DNA of 64,000 nt from an uncultured Gammaproteobacteria bacterium (lineage in GTDB: Bacteria > Patescibacteriota > Patescibacteriia > UBA11705 > JABHMO01): positions 76,768-140,767 of the forward strand of contig CAZPYM010000001.1 in NCBI GenBank assembly GCA_964590105.1, in the 5' to 3' direction. Under the pieces are notes generated by a model that worked only from the letters and a program-made list of their open reading frames with translations, did not search any database and had not been told where the DNA came from. The position numbers were made by a program, and so were the translations under genes. Positions 1 through 9,007 of this stretch are shown here, piece by piece (position 1 is the stretch's first letter; the number at the start of each line of letters is the position of its first letter).

Positions 1-681
1 GACAGTTTAGGGCAGGAATTAAAAGGTTTGAAAATTGGCGTGCCGAAAGAATATTTTGTCAAAGGAATGGACAAGCAGGTTGAAACGGTTGTTAAAAAAG
101 CAATAAAAAATTTAAGCAAGCTGGGTGTTGAGATTGTTGAAATTAATTTACCAATGACAAAATATGCGCTGGCAACTTATTATATTTTAATGCCGGCTGA
201 AGTCAGTTCAAACCTGGCGCGTTATGATGGCGTGAGATACGGTTTTCGCGCCGAAGCCGGTAATTTGTTGGAAATGTATTTGCAGACACGCAGGCAGGGC
301 TTTGGCGAGGAGGCGCGCCGCAGAGTTATGCTCGGTACTTATGTTTTGTCGTCAGGTTATTATGACGCATATTACAAAAAAGCTCAGCAAGTCAGGCGAC
401 TGATAAAAAATGATTTTGACAAAGCATTTGAACAGGTTGATTGCATTGTCACTCCGACTTCCCCCACTACTGCTTTTAATTTGGGTGAAAAATTTGACGA
501 TCCTCTGACTATGTATTTGGCTGATATTTTTACAGTGTCCGCCAATGTGGCCGGACTGCCGGCGATTTCAATCCCTTGCGGCAAAGCCAATAAAATGCCC
601 GTAGGTTTGCAGTTTATTGGAAAATATTTTGATGAAAAAACACTGTTTGATATTTCATCTCGGGCTGAAAGTATTTTTTAG
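1..681 (+). CDS. gatA: Glu-tRNA(Gln) amidotransferase subunit A, C-terminal portion; the reading frame is open back to base 1, so the 5' end lies outside the window
   Basis: Amidase-family C-terminus (…VTPTSPTTAFNLGEKFDDPLTMYLADIFTVSANVAGLPAISIPCG…); no stop codon upstream in frame. Confidence 0.75.
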   Translation, partial: DSLGQELKGLKIGVPKEYFVKGMDKQVETVVKKAIKNLSKLGVEIVEINLPMTKYALATYYILMPAEVSSNLARYDGVRYGFRAEAGNLLEMYLQTRRQGFGEEARRRVMLGTYVLSSGYYDAYYKKAQQVRRLIKNDFDKAFEQVDCIVTPTSPTTAFNLGEKFDDPLTMYLADIFTVSANVAGLPAISIPCGKANKMPVGLQFIGKYFDEKTLFDISSRAESIF

Positions 682-684
682 CCT

Positions 685-1137
685 ATGAATAATATGGAGA
701 TTGTTTTTGAACCAGCAATTATAGACTATGTGATTGGTGTCGTGGCGGTTGCAATCGCGGTTGTGGTAATTGTGGCGGTTTACTTTTTTCGGAAAAATAA
801 AAGATTGGAGGGCGTGGATAGAAAATTTGTTCAGGAACAGTGGAGAAAAATTGAAGAACTTTTTTCTTATGGCAAAGACATGAATTTTAAGCTGGCGGTG
901 ATTGAGGCTGACAAGCTACTGGATGAAGTTTTGAAATTAATGCATTTTCCCGGCAATACAATGGCTGCGCGATTAAAATTAGCTTCATATAAATTTCCAA
1001 AATTAAAAAGCGTTTGGTGGGCGCACAAAGTCCGCAATCATGTGGTGCATGATGTGCGTTATAATTTACGGCACGGAGAAACGAAAATGGTTTTGAAGCT
1101 GTTCCGCGCGGCGCTCAAAGAATTAAATGCATTATAA
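685..1137 (+). CDS. hypothetical membrane-anchored protein (single N-terminal TM helix)
   Basis: 150-aa ORF with a hydrophobic N-terminus (VIGVVAVAIAVVVIVAVYFF); no recognisable motif. Confidence 0.45.
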   Translation: MNNMEIVFEPAIIDYVIGVVAVAIAVVVIVAVYFFRKNKRLEGVDRKFVQEQWRKIEELFSYGKDMNFKLAVIEADKLLDEVLKLMHFPGNTMAARLKLASYKFPKLKSVWWAHKVRNHVVHDVRYNLRHGETKMVLKLFRAALKELNAL

Positions 1138-2308
1138 TATGAAAAAATTTTTTTTGTTTTTTGCTTTTATTTTGCTAATACTTTTACCTGTGCATTTTTC
1201 CGGCGCGGCTAGTGTTGATTTGGGACTGAAACCTTTGGAAATAAGACTTTCAAAGGACACGGTAAATCTGATTATTGGCGAGCCGGTGAGAATCTACACA
1301 TACGTCGTAAATTTGGGCGAGCAGGATGCTTCAGGTTATGTTGTTTTCATGCGGGGACAGGAATTGATCGGTCAGGCGCCGGTTTCCCTGACTTCCGGCG
1401 GAGTAAAAGACGAAGTGTATGTTGATTTTACTGTGCCAGCAAGTGATTTTAATATTTTAGTTAAATTGGTTTCCATTGTGCCTGATGATGAGGATGATAG
1501 CAATAATGCGATTTTAAGCCCGATGTATCATGTTCAGGAAGACGCAGACAGTGACGGGCTTGGAAATGATATTGACACAGACGATGATAATGACGGTTTA
1601 ACTGATTTGGAGGAACAAGCGCTAGGCACGGACAAAGACTTGCAAGATACAGACGCCGATGGCGTGATTGATCCGGAAGACGAGTTTCCCCTGGATCCAT
1701 TAAAAACAAAAAAAGAAGTGATAGTGCCGGTTCCTGTACCCGAGCCGGAAGTGAAAAAGATTGAGCCGGTCCAGGTGCCGAAAGCAGTTGCTCAGCCGAA
1801 GCAGGAAGAAAAAAAGATTTTTGATGTCCTTAAGGATGACGAAAAAGAAAAAAAAGTAGAAATAGTGGAAGAATTTTATAAATCGCCGGAAGTGGAATTG
1901 TTAAAGGAAATTAAAATTAGCGCACAGCAGATTAATTGGAATACTTATGATTTTTCTTTTACTACAAATATTGCTGATTTGAATAATGAAAAATTAGAAT
2001 ATCTATGGGGTTTTAGCGATGGTAGTGAAAGCGTAAAAAATGGCAGTCACAAGTTTCGTGGCACAGGAGAATATTTTGTCACCCTAAAGGTCAAGGGGCC
2101 GTGGGAAAATGATTTGTATGATAGCATAACAGTCAAAATAAATTTTTGGTCGGTTTACAATTATTGGTTGTGGCTGATTGTGTTAATTGTTGCTTGTTTG
2201 ATTTTCTTGTACAGCTATGAATTTAGGCACAAAACTTCAGTTGAGTCGGAACCTGAACAAAGGCAATTGAGAAAACCAAAGATAAGAAAAATAAAAGAGG
2301 AGGAATAA
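1127..2308 (+). CDS. secreted, membrane-anchored acidic protein with thrombospondin-type-3-like Asp-rich Ca-binding repeats, a beta (PKD-like) domain and a C-terminal TM anchor
   Basis: Signal peptide, DxDxDG-type repeats (DADSDGLGNDIDTDDDNDGLTD…DTDADGVIDPEDE) and a C-terminal hydrophobic tail (NFWSVYNYWLWLIVLIVACLIFLY). Confidence 0.5.
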   Translation: MHYNMKKFFLFFAFILLILLPVHFSGAASVDLGLKPLEIRLSKDTVNLIIGEPVRIYTYVVNLGEQDASGYVVFMRGQELIGQAPVSLTSGGVKDEVYVDFTVPASDFNILVKLVSIVPDDEDDSNNAILSPMYHVQEDADSDGLGNDIDTDDDNDGLTDLEEQALGTDKDLQDTDADGVIDPEDEFPLDPLKTKKEVIVPVPVPEPEVKKIEPVQVPKAVAQPKQEEKKIFDVLKDDEKEKKVEIVEEFYKSPEVELLKEIKISAQQINWNTYDFSFTTNIADLNNEKLEYLWGFSDGSESVKNGSHKFRGTGEYFVTLKVKGPWENDLYDSITVKINFWSVYNYWLWLIVLIVACLIFLYSYEFRHKTSVESEPEQRQLRKPKIRKIKEEE

Positions 2309-2312
2309 AAAA

Positions 2313-2918
2313 ATGGCAAGAAAAATAAAAATCGCAGTTGTGGCCGTTTTGATATTGTTTTTTTTGGGCGGCGCATTTATTCAGGCTCGAGCAGCTGAAT
2401 CATTAATGGCCCAGCCTTTGCGGGAAGTCTATGTCAAATATCAACGCGTCGGCTGGCAAATGTATGAATTTGTTGTACAGACGAACTTGGCGCAGCCTTT
2501 TGATTTGCAATATGAATGGCGCATTGATAATAAAGAAACTTTTAATGCTGAGACCCTGCGATATTTTTTTGAGCGCGGTGAGCACGTGGTGAAAGTTAAG
2601 GTTGAAGATAAATACGGTAATGTGGTGTATGATACCGTCAGAATCAATATAAATTTCTGGTCATTAAAAAATAATTGGTTTTGGTGGCTCTTGTATTTGG
2701 TCGTTGTTTTAATAATAATTTATTATTGGATTGTTAAAATTATCTACCTTTTGAACAGAAGGAAAATCAGCAAAGAGGTTAGGTTTTTTATGGATGTTTT
2801 GGACGAACATGGTTGGGTGGAAAAGTTGGTGGCGGAGCACTTAATGAAAGTAAAAAGTAAAAAATTGAAAATTAAAAGTAATAAACAAACAGCTGGGCAA
2901 CGTAAAATTTCTCGCTAA
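2313..2918 (+). CDS. paralogous membrane-anchored protein sharing the C-terminal beta domain and TM anchor with the upstream gene
   Basis: Signal/TM N-terminus; C-terminal ...VRININFWSLKNNWFWWLLYLVVV aligns with ...ITVKINFWSVYNYWLWLIVLIV of the 1127..2308 product. Confidence 0.45.
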   Translation: MARKIKIAVVAVLILFFLGGAFIQARAAESLMAQPLREVYVKYQRVGWQMYEFVVQTNLAQPFDLQYEWRIDNKETFNAETLRYFFERGEHVVKVKVEDKYGNVVYDTVRININFWSLKNNWFWWLLYLVVVLIIIYYWIVKIIYLLNRRKISKEVRFFMDVLDEHGWVEKLVAEHLMKVKSKKLKIKSNKQTAGQRKISR

Positions 2919-2967
2919 ACAGCGTTCGCGCAGTTTCGCGTTTTGTTCTGCGTGGTTTCGCGTAAAT

Positions 2968-3318
2968 ATGTACATGATCCTTCGTTGGCTTATCAACGCG
3001 GTCGGTCTACTCGCGATCGGCTATTTTATTCCGGGCATTGAAGTTGAAAGTCTGTATTACGCCTTAATTTTGGTTGTAATAATCGGACTGGTAAACTTTG
3101 TTCCCGGAATGATTTTGAAAATCATCACTTTTCCGATCAACATTTTGACGCTTGGACTTTCCAATCTTGTAATCAATGCGATTATCTTTTGGTTTGTGGC
3201 GAGTTTTATCCAGGGCTTTGACATCACTATTTGGTGGGGCGGTTTTATCGGGGCGATTTTGTATACGATCGTAACAACTTTCAGCGCCTGGCTTTACAAG
3301 GAAAGTTATTTGCATTAA
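2968..3318 (+). CDS. small 4-TM membrane protein (holin-4/YvlD-like superfamily is a guess)
   Basis: 116 aa, four hydrophobic segments; preceded by three TTCGCG direct repeats at 2925..2962. Confidence 0.4.
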   Translation: MYMILRWLINAVGLLAIGYFIPGIEVESLYYALILVVIIGLVNFVPGMILKIITFPINILTLGLSNLVINAIIFWFVASFIQGFDITIWWGGFIGAILYTIVTTFSAWLYKESYLH

Positions 3319-3323
3319 TCAAT

Positions 3324-3857
3324 ATGAAAATATTACTCCACGCCTGCTGCGCTCCGTGCGGCGGTCAAGTTATTAATGAATTAAAAAAAGAGGGACACAG
3401 TGTGTCTGTTTATTTTTATAACCCTAATATTTTCCCGGAAGATGAATATAATTTGCGGCTAAATGAAGTTCGGCGATATGTGGATAAGTCGGGTGTCGAG
3501 TTGATTGAAGGCAAATACGCGCATGATGAATGGCTCGAGGTTGTAAAAGGCTTGGAAACCGAACTGGAAAGGGGAGAGCGTTGTAGAAAATGTTTTATGC
3601 ATCGACTGGGCGAGGTCGCGCAAAAAGCGAGCGAAGAAGGGTTTGAAGCTTTTGCCACGACCCTGACAATCAGCCCGCACAAGCCGGCGGAAATGATCAA
3701 TCAAATAGGAAAAGAGTTTGCGGAGTTTTATAATTTGAAATTTATTGATAATATTTGGCGAAAAAACGAAGGGTTTAAAAAATCCTGCGAACTTAGCGAG
3801 CAGGAACATTTCCACCGGCAAAATTATTGCGGTTGTGAATTTAGCAGGCGAGAATAG
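3324..3857 (+). CDS. queH: epoxyqueuosine reductase QueH (DUF208 family)
   Basis: N-terminal LLHACCAPCGG Cys cluster and C-terminal CGCE motif typical of QueH; start taken at MKILLH. Confidence 0.7.
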   Translation: MKILLHACCAPCGGQVINELKKEGHSVSVYFYNPNIFPEDEYNLRLNEVRRYVDKSGVELIEGKYAHDEWLEVVKGLETELERGERCRKCFMHRLGEVAQKASEEGFEAFATTLTISPHKPAEMINQIGKEFAEFYNLKFIDNIWRKNEGFKKSCELSEQEHFHRQNYCGCEFSRRE

Positions 3858-3884
3858 AAAGTAGAATTATAATCGGGAAAAAAT

Positions 3885-3919
3885 AAAACGGCTCAATGAG
3901 TGAGCCGTTTGTGGTTTTT
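3885..3919. terminator. bidirectional intrinsic terminator between queH (+) and the 3918..4289 (-) gene
   Basis: Perfect 10-bp stem aaacggctca/tgagccgttt with 5-nt loop, flanked by an A-run upstream and a T-run downstream, so it works on both strands. Confidence 0.6.
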
Positions 3920-4289
3920 ACAGGGCGCGTGGTTTGCGTACCTGATGTGGTTCTTTTCCTTCTTCGAAGACCACGACGCCGCCCTTGGCGAAAGGTGCGC
4001 AGCGGGTGATGTGGCAGACATCCCTTTTGCCTACGCGGCGGAGTTTTGCTTCGTAGATGAGCAGGCAGAATCCGGTAGTTTCGTTTTTGTGACAGACGGT
4101 TTGGTCGAAGTAGAACTTGCCTACTCCCAGCCCTTTGCCCAGGTCAACTTCGAGTTCGACCAAGTCGCCGAACGGTTTCTGCGACTTTACTAATCCGAAC
4201 ACGTTGTGAACATCGCTCTGGTTTCTTTGCATTGGCGTCTCCCTGCGTTTTTGTGTTTGGTCCCAGAGAACAAATTGAATAAGTTTCAT
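3918..4289 (-). CDS. hypothetical protein, visibly GC-richer than its neighbours (function unknown; QueF/T-fold resemblance considered but not supported)
   Basis: 123-aa ORF from MKLIQFV with protein-like composition; the 97-aa antisense ORF looks like nonsense. Local GC clearly above flanking genes. Confidence 0.4.
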   Translation of the reverse strand: MKLIQFVLWDQTQKRRETPMQRNQSDVHNVFGLVKSQKPFGDLVELEVDLGKGLGVGKFYFDQTVCHKNETTGFCLLIYEAKLRRVGKRDVCHITRCAPFAKGGVVVFEEGKEPHQVRKPRAL

Positions 4290-4361
4290 AATACGACATG
4301 ACGGATCGTTTGTCAAGGGCGGATGTTTTTATTTTTGTTGATGTGATAAAATTAAGGCATT

Positions 4362-4929
4362 ATGGAGGAGAAATTGTTCCAGGATAAATATCGCATTAAA
4401 TCAACTCGTTTGGCCAATTGGGTTTATTCGTTGGATGGATTTTATTATGCAACGATTTGCGTTAATGATCGGCGAGAATGTTTTGGGCGCGTTCAGAATG
4501 GGAAAATGATTTTATCGTCAATTGGACAAATTGCGTATGAGTGTTGGTAGAAAATTCCAATATTTTTTCCGTTTGTAACATTGGATGAATATGTTGTAAT
4601 GCCAAATCATGTGCATGGTTTGTTGCGGATTTTGCAATCGCAAGATGATTGTGATCGTGATTACGATTGTGGTAGAGACGCGATTAATCGTGGCTCTACG
4701 GCGGGCGGAACGGCGGTCTTTTGGTGAAATAATGCGGTGGTTCAAAGGTAAATGCACATTTCTTATTCATAGAAGCCATATTAATTTCAAATGGCAACCG
4801 CGTTTTTACGACCATGTTGTGCGCGATCAAAACGATTTGGAGCGCATCCGTCATTATATCCAAACCAATCCGGAACGTTGGTGTCGAGATCGAAATAATT
4901 CCGCCAATGAATTTAAATTTCATGATTGA
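4362..4929 (+). pseudogene. IS200/IS605-family (RayT / REP-associated tyrosine transposase-like) HUH transposase, disrupted
   Basis: N-terminal part (…FYYATICVNDRRECFG…) ends at an in-frame TAG at 4548..4550. The HuH motif VVMPNHVHGLLRI follows in the same frame. The C-terminal part (…RFYDHVVRDQNDLERIRHYIQTNPERW) is in the +1 frame (ORF 4609..4929). Confidence 0.6.
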
Positions 4930-6892
4930 TTATAAAAAATTATTAAATTCCGAGCAATATCGCGTTGTCACGGAAGCCGACGGGCCGTGTTTGGTTTTGG
5001 CGGGCGCCGGATCGGGCAAGACGCGCACCCTGGTTTTTCGAGTCGCTTATTTGGTTAATCAGGGGATTGATCCGGAAAATATATTATTGGTCACATTCAC
5101 CAACAAAGCGGCAAAAGAAATGCTCGGCCGCTGCGAAAAATTGTTGGGCTTTGCGCCTGAACATTTGTGGGGCGGAACATTTCACCGTATTGGAAATTTA
5201 ATTTTACGGAAATACGCGAACAAGCTTGGCTACAATCGAAATTTTAATATTCTGGACCAGGATGATTCAATTTCCCTTGTAAAGCATTCCATGGAGGCGC
5301 TAGGTTTAAATGTCAAGGGCCAGAATTTTCCCAAAGCCAGCGTTGTTCAGGGCATGATCAGCTTTTCTCGCAATACAAATCAGGAAGTCAGAGAAACCGT
5401 GGAAATAAATTACGGCTACCCTGATTTTGTGGCGGAAAAAGTTGAGCAAATATTATTTACTTATGAAGACAAGAAAAAAGCGTCGAATGTTATGGACTTT
5501 GATGATTTATTGGTTAATTGGCTGCGGCTATTGGAGCAATTTCCTGAGATCAAAGATAGGCTGGCCCGGCAATTCAAATACATTTTAGTTGACGAATATC
5601 AGGACACAAATTATATTCAAGCGGAAATAATCAGACAGCTCTCCGCCTATCATGGCAATGTGCTGGTGGTGGGGGATGATTCGCAGAGCATTTATTCATT
5701 TCGCGCGGCGGACGTGAAAAATATATTAAATTTTCCGAAATTATTTCCCAAGGCAAAGGTTTATAAAATTGAAACCAATTACCGCAGTACGCCGCAGATT
5801 CTCGGCTTGGCCAATGATATTATCAGTCATAATGTTGATCAGTTTGAAAAAAAATTGCGCGCCGAACGAGAGGGCAGTATTTTGCCGGCCTTGATTCCGG
5901 CGCGCGACGAGCACAATCAGGCGATGCTTGTTACCAAAAGAATTATGCAATTGTACCGCGATGGAGAAAATTACAATCAGATTGCTGTTTTGTATCGCGC
6001 CACTTATCAGTCAGCGGAAATCCAACTCGAGCTTAGCAAGCAAAATATTCCCTATGTTGTCCGCGGCGGTATGCGTTATTTTGAACAGGCGCATGTGAAA
6101 GATGTGATTTCATATTTAAAAGTTATGGCCAATTTTCAGGATGAAGTTGCCTGGAAGCGAATTTTGCTGATGCATGAGGGCATTGGTATGAAAAAAGCGG
6201 ATTTAATCTGGGCGCGAATTAAAAAGTTTGGCAAGCTTAGCGAGCTAATTGATTCAAAAATAGAATTCACCGGCAAGGCGGGTAGCAGTTGGCAGAGGAT
6301 TGTGGAAACTTTTCATCAAGTGGACGCCTTGGACAAAAATCAAAAAGGCTATATTGCCGAGGCCATTGAATATATTTTAGAGCATGGCTATGAAGAATAT
6401 TTAAAAAATGCTTATGAAAATTATCGCGACCGACTGGATGATTTAGGGCAATTAATAAATTTTGTGGCTCTTTATTATGATTTGGACAAATTATTGGCTG
6501 ACGTGATGCTTAGCGAATCATTTGCCGATGAACATGAACATGATCAAAGCGCGGTTGTTTTGTCCACAATCCATCAGGCAAAGGGTTTGGAATGGCCGGT
6601 TGTTTTTATAATCGGTTTAAGGGACGGCTATTTCCCGCATCACAAGAGTTTGGAAAACCCAAAAGAATTGGAAGAGGAGCGCCGTTTGTTTTATGTTGCC
6701 GCCACTCGCGCTAAAGATGAATTGAACATGCTTTATCCGGTTCGTTCATTTAGCTACAAATTCGGAGAAATTTATTCCAAGCCGTCAATGTTTATCCGCG
6801 AGCTTGACGACTCCAGATATATGGTTCAGGGAAGACAGCCGTTTGGGGATAATATGGATAGTGATGATGATGTTATTTATGTAAATGATTAG
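4922..6892 (+). CDS. UvrD/PcrA-family ATP-dependent DNA helicase
   Basis: Walker A LVLAGAGSGKTRTLV, a VDEYQDT motif (Walker B/DEXQD region), and C-terminal helicase motifs (VVLSTIHQAKGLEWPVVF, LFYVAATRAKDEL); start taken at MIDYKKLL. Confidence 0.8.
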   Translation: MIDYKKLLNSEQYRVVTEADGPCLVLAGAGSGKTRTLVFRVAYLVNQGIDPENILLVTFTNKAAKEMLGRCEKLLGFAPEHLWGGTFHRIGNLILRKYANKLGYNRNFNILDQDDSISLVKHSMEALGLNVKGQNFPKASVVQGMISFSRNTNQEVRETVEINYGYPDFVAEKVEQILFTYEDKKKASNVMDFDDLLVNWLRLLEQFPEIKDRLARQFKYILVDEYQDTNYIQAEIIRQLSAYHGNVLVVGDDSQSIYSFRAADVKNILNFPKLFPKAKVYKIETNYRSTPQILGLANDIISHNVDQFEKKLRAEREGSILPALIPARDEHNQAMLVTKRIMQLYRDGENYNQIAVLYRATYQSAEIQLELSKQNIPYVVRGGMRYFEQAHVKDVISYLKVMANFQDEVAWKRILLMHEGIGMKKADLIWARIKKFGKLSELIDSKIEFTGKAGSSWQRIVETFHQVDALDKNQKGYIAEAIEYILEHGYEEYLKNAYENYRDRLDDLGQLINFVALYYDLDKLLADVMLSESFADEHEHDQSAVVLSTIHQAKGLEWPVVFIIGLRDGYFPHHKSLENPKELEEERRLFYVAATRAKDELNMLYPVRSFSYKFGEIYSKPSMFIRELDDSRYMVQGRQPFGDNMDSDDDVIYVND

Positions 6893-6932
6893 TATAGATT
6901 TTTTAAATTCTTATTATTATGAAAATAATTCA

Positions 6933-6958
6933 AAAACACCAAAAAGGTGTTTTTTTGT
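6933..6958 (+). terminator. intrinsic terminator downstream of the helicase gene
   Basis: aaacacc-aaaaa-ggtgttt hairpin followed by a T-run. Confidence 0.5.
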
Positions 6959-6976
6959 ATAATTTTAGTTGAAACA

Positions 6977-7005
6977 TTGACAAAAATCATTAGATGTGAT
7001 ATAAT
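6977..7005 (+). promoter_or_regulatory. near-perfect sigma70 promoter with an extended -10 element driving the 7061..8899 gene
   Basis: TTGACA (6977..6982), a 17-nt spacer, then TGaTATAAT (6997..7005). A GAGGGA Shine-Dalgarno sits at 7051..7056, 4 nt before the ATG. Confidence 0.6.
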
Positions 7006-7060
7006 ACCTTGTTAAGGGAAGGTCCTTTGACAATGGTCTAACTATTAATGGAGGGATGAA

Positions 7061-8899
7061 ATGTACGCATTGTTCATGGCTTTTGTGGTGTCTTTGCTTG
7101 GCGTTGTGCCACTCATGATCCGGAGGCGTTTTCTGCCTGCCGCAGTTGCCGGCGCCATCATGACGATTCCCTGGTGGATCGCGCTCTACTGCACCTGTCC
7201 GTCGTTGGTCTGGCCGCTGTGGGGCTGGATTGGTGGAGCAGTGGTAATCAACTGGCTCATTTCCGCCATTATCGACGGAGTGGTGAAGGATGAGCCAACC
7301 CTGACACTGCTGTTCCCTGTCATTGGGATGGGGATCCTGGCCATTGTGTCGCTCAGTGGCTGGGGATTGTTTCGCGCCAGCGATTACAGGAACCTTATCG
7401 GTGAAGTTCAGAAGATGGAGTTTACCAAGGATATGCAACCGAGCGACCCGGCCCACATCCGGATCGTGCCGCGGGAGCTGGCTGAATTCATGGCTGACAA
7501 GCAGCTCGGCGAAGCGGAGGGCTCCATCGGCAGTCAGTATCGAGTTGCCAAGGAATTGATGACGATCCAACGAGTGAACGGTGAATTGTGGTGGATCGCG
7601 CCGCTCGACTACAACGGATTCTCTGTCTGGACCTCGGTCGGCACAGTTCCCGGCTATGTCAAGGTGAATGCTGAGGATCCCTACCGGCCGGTGGAGTTGG
7701 TGCTTGACAAGCAGTACAAGTACACGCCGGGAGCATATTTCGGCGACAACCTGGAACGACATTTGTGGACCAATGGTTACATGACCAGAGGGCTCACGGA
7801 GTACTCGTTTGAAGAAGACGAGGCTGGCAAAGGTTGGTGGGTGGTGTCGGTGTTTGAGCCGACCATCAGCTACTGGGGAGAGAAGATCACCGGCGTGGCT
7901 GTGGTTGACCCGGCTTCGGGGGAAATTACTTTTTACGGAAAGGATGAGATCCCTGACTGGCTCGACAGAGCAGTTCCCCGGGAGTTTGCGGTTCAGTACA
8001 TGTCGAACTGGGGAAAGTTCACCCATGGATGGTGGAACACTCTCTGGGGCAAGAAGGAAGTCATGGATGTGACCCCGATGGGGAAAAACGAGGACTTCGT
8101 TGAAGTGATTTACGGCGCTGACGGCGAACCGTACTGGTTCACCGGCATTACGTCGGCCAGCAAGGAAGACGCGGCTCTGGTGAGCGTGATGTACATGCAC
8201 ACGCGCACCGGCAAGGTCATTGATTATCGGATTTCGGGGTTGAACGAAGAAGCAGTCATGCACGTTGTCAACAACGAAATCCATTACAAGGGCTGGACCG
8301 GCAGTACGCCAATGCTCTTCAATTTTTACGGGCGGGCGATCTGGGTGAGCACAGTGCTCGGCCAGAGCAACACGTTCAAGGGCGTCGCCCTGGTAGATGC
8401 GGATAACCAGAAGATCTACTGGGATGAGAACAACCCGCTTGGCGGATTTGCCAAGTTGCGGGTGGAGCTCGGCCAAGAACAGATCGCGGTGCCGCTCTCT
8501 ACGAGTGATGAACGGATTGCTTTCTCGGGGACGGTGGCAAGGATTGCTCTCGAAGGCTCGAATTACTACGTGCTGGTGAATGACTTGCCGCACGCCCTCG
8601 CTGGAACAAAGAGCATTTCGCTCGATCTGATTTTCACCCGGCCCGGCGATTCTGTGAAGGGCGAGTATCTTCAGTCCGGGGAAGATATTTTCTCACTGGC
8701 TTCCTTCGACAATCTGGCTGTAGAGCTCAAGCCTTCTGCCAAGCAGGAAGAACTGCGGGAGCGGACGGCAGGGCATCAGGAGGAAGTGAGGAATACGGAA
8801 GATTCCCGGGACATGAAGAAGCAGGTTGACAACATGAGTCCCGAGGAGCTGCGGCAGCTGCTCGAACTCAAGAAACAGGCGCAGGATAGCAAGGAGTAA
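7061..8899 (+). CDS. GC-rich 612-aa membrane protein of unknown function (three N-terminal TM helices, a large Trp/Tyr/Gly-rich probably beta-rich domain, and a charged coiled-coil tail); likely foreign
   Basis: Long ORF with E. coli-like codon choice (CTG, GGC, CCG, GCC) in a GC-rich block. It has its own consensus promoter, SD and terminator; the antisense 542-aa ORF is a GC artefact. Confidence 0.7.
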   Translation: MYALFMAFVVSLLGVVPLMIRRRFLPAAVAGAIMTIPWWIALYCTCPSLVWPLWGWIGGAVVINWLISAIIDGVVKDEPTLTLLFPVIGMGILAIVSLSGWGLFRASDYRNLIGEVQKMEFTKDMQPSDPAHIRIVPRELAEFMADKQLGEAEGSIGSQYRVAKELMTIQRVNGELWWIAPLDYNGFSVWTSVGTVPGYVKVNAEDPYRPVELVLDKQYKYTPGAYFGDNLERHLWTNGYMTRGLTEYSFEEDEAGKGWWVVSVFEPTISYWGEKITGVAVVDPASGEITFYGKDEIPDWLDRAVPREFAVQYMSNWGKFTHGWWNTLWGKKEVMDVTPMGKNEDFVEVIYGADGEPYWFTGITSASKEDAALVSVMYMHTRTGKVIDYRISGLNEEAVMHVVNNEIHYKGWTGSTPMLFNFYGRAIWVSTVLGQSNTFKGVALVDADNQKIYWDENNPLGGFAKLRVELGQEQIAVPLSTSDERIAFSGTVARIALEGSNYYVLVNDLPHALAGTKSISLDLIFTRPGDSVKGEYLQSGEDIFSLASFDNLAVELKPSAKQEELRERTAGHQEEVRNTEDSRDMKKQVDNMSPEELRQLLELKKQAQDSKE

Positions 8900-8916
8900 T
8901 CCTCGCGCCATACATA

Positions 8917-8958
8917 AGGCAGGGCTTCAGTTCTTAACTGAAGCCCTGTTTTCTTTTT
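8917..8958 (+). terminator. strong intrinsic terminator of the GC-rich cassette
   Basis: 13-bp stem cagggcttcagtt/aactgaagccctg with a ctta loop, followed by ttttcttttt. Confidence 0.7.
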
Positions 8959-9007
8959 GAAATTTTTGTTAAAATGTATACATAAACCTTTTAATTGTCC
9001 CTATCCT

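Noticed and set aside
3900-4193. 97-aa + strand ORF overlapping the 3918..4289 minus-strand gene
   Set aside because: Its translation looks like nonsense (W/F/A-rich with no pattern), and it starts inside the bidirectional terminator. The minus-strand frame is more protein-like.
3918-4289. QueF (7-cyano-7-deazaguanine reductase) or GTP cyclohydrolase I identity for the small GC-rich gene next to queH
   Set aside because: It was tempting because of the queuosine context, but the conserved QueF E(S/L)K(S/A)hK(L/Y)(Y/F/W) and GCH-I CEHH motifs are not present in the right order. Left as hypothetical.
6965-8593. 542-aa ORF on the minus strand overlapping the GC-rich gene
   Set aside because: Antisense to a convincing promoter/SD/ORF/terminator unit. 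Long antisense ORFs are expected in GC-rich DNA, and the translation is Arg/Pro/His-rich low-complexity sequence.
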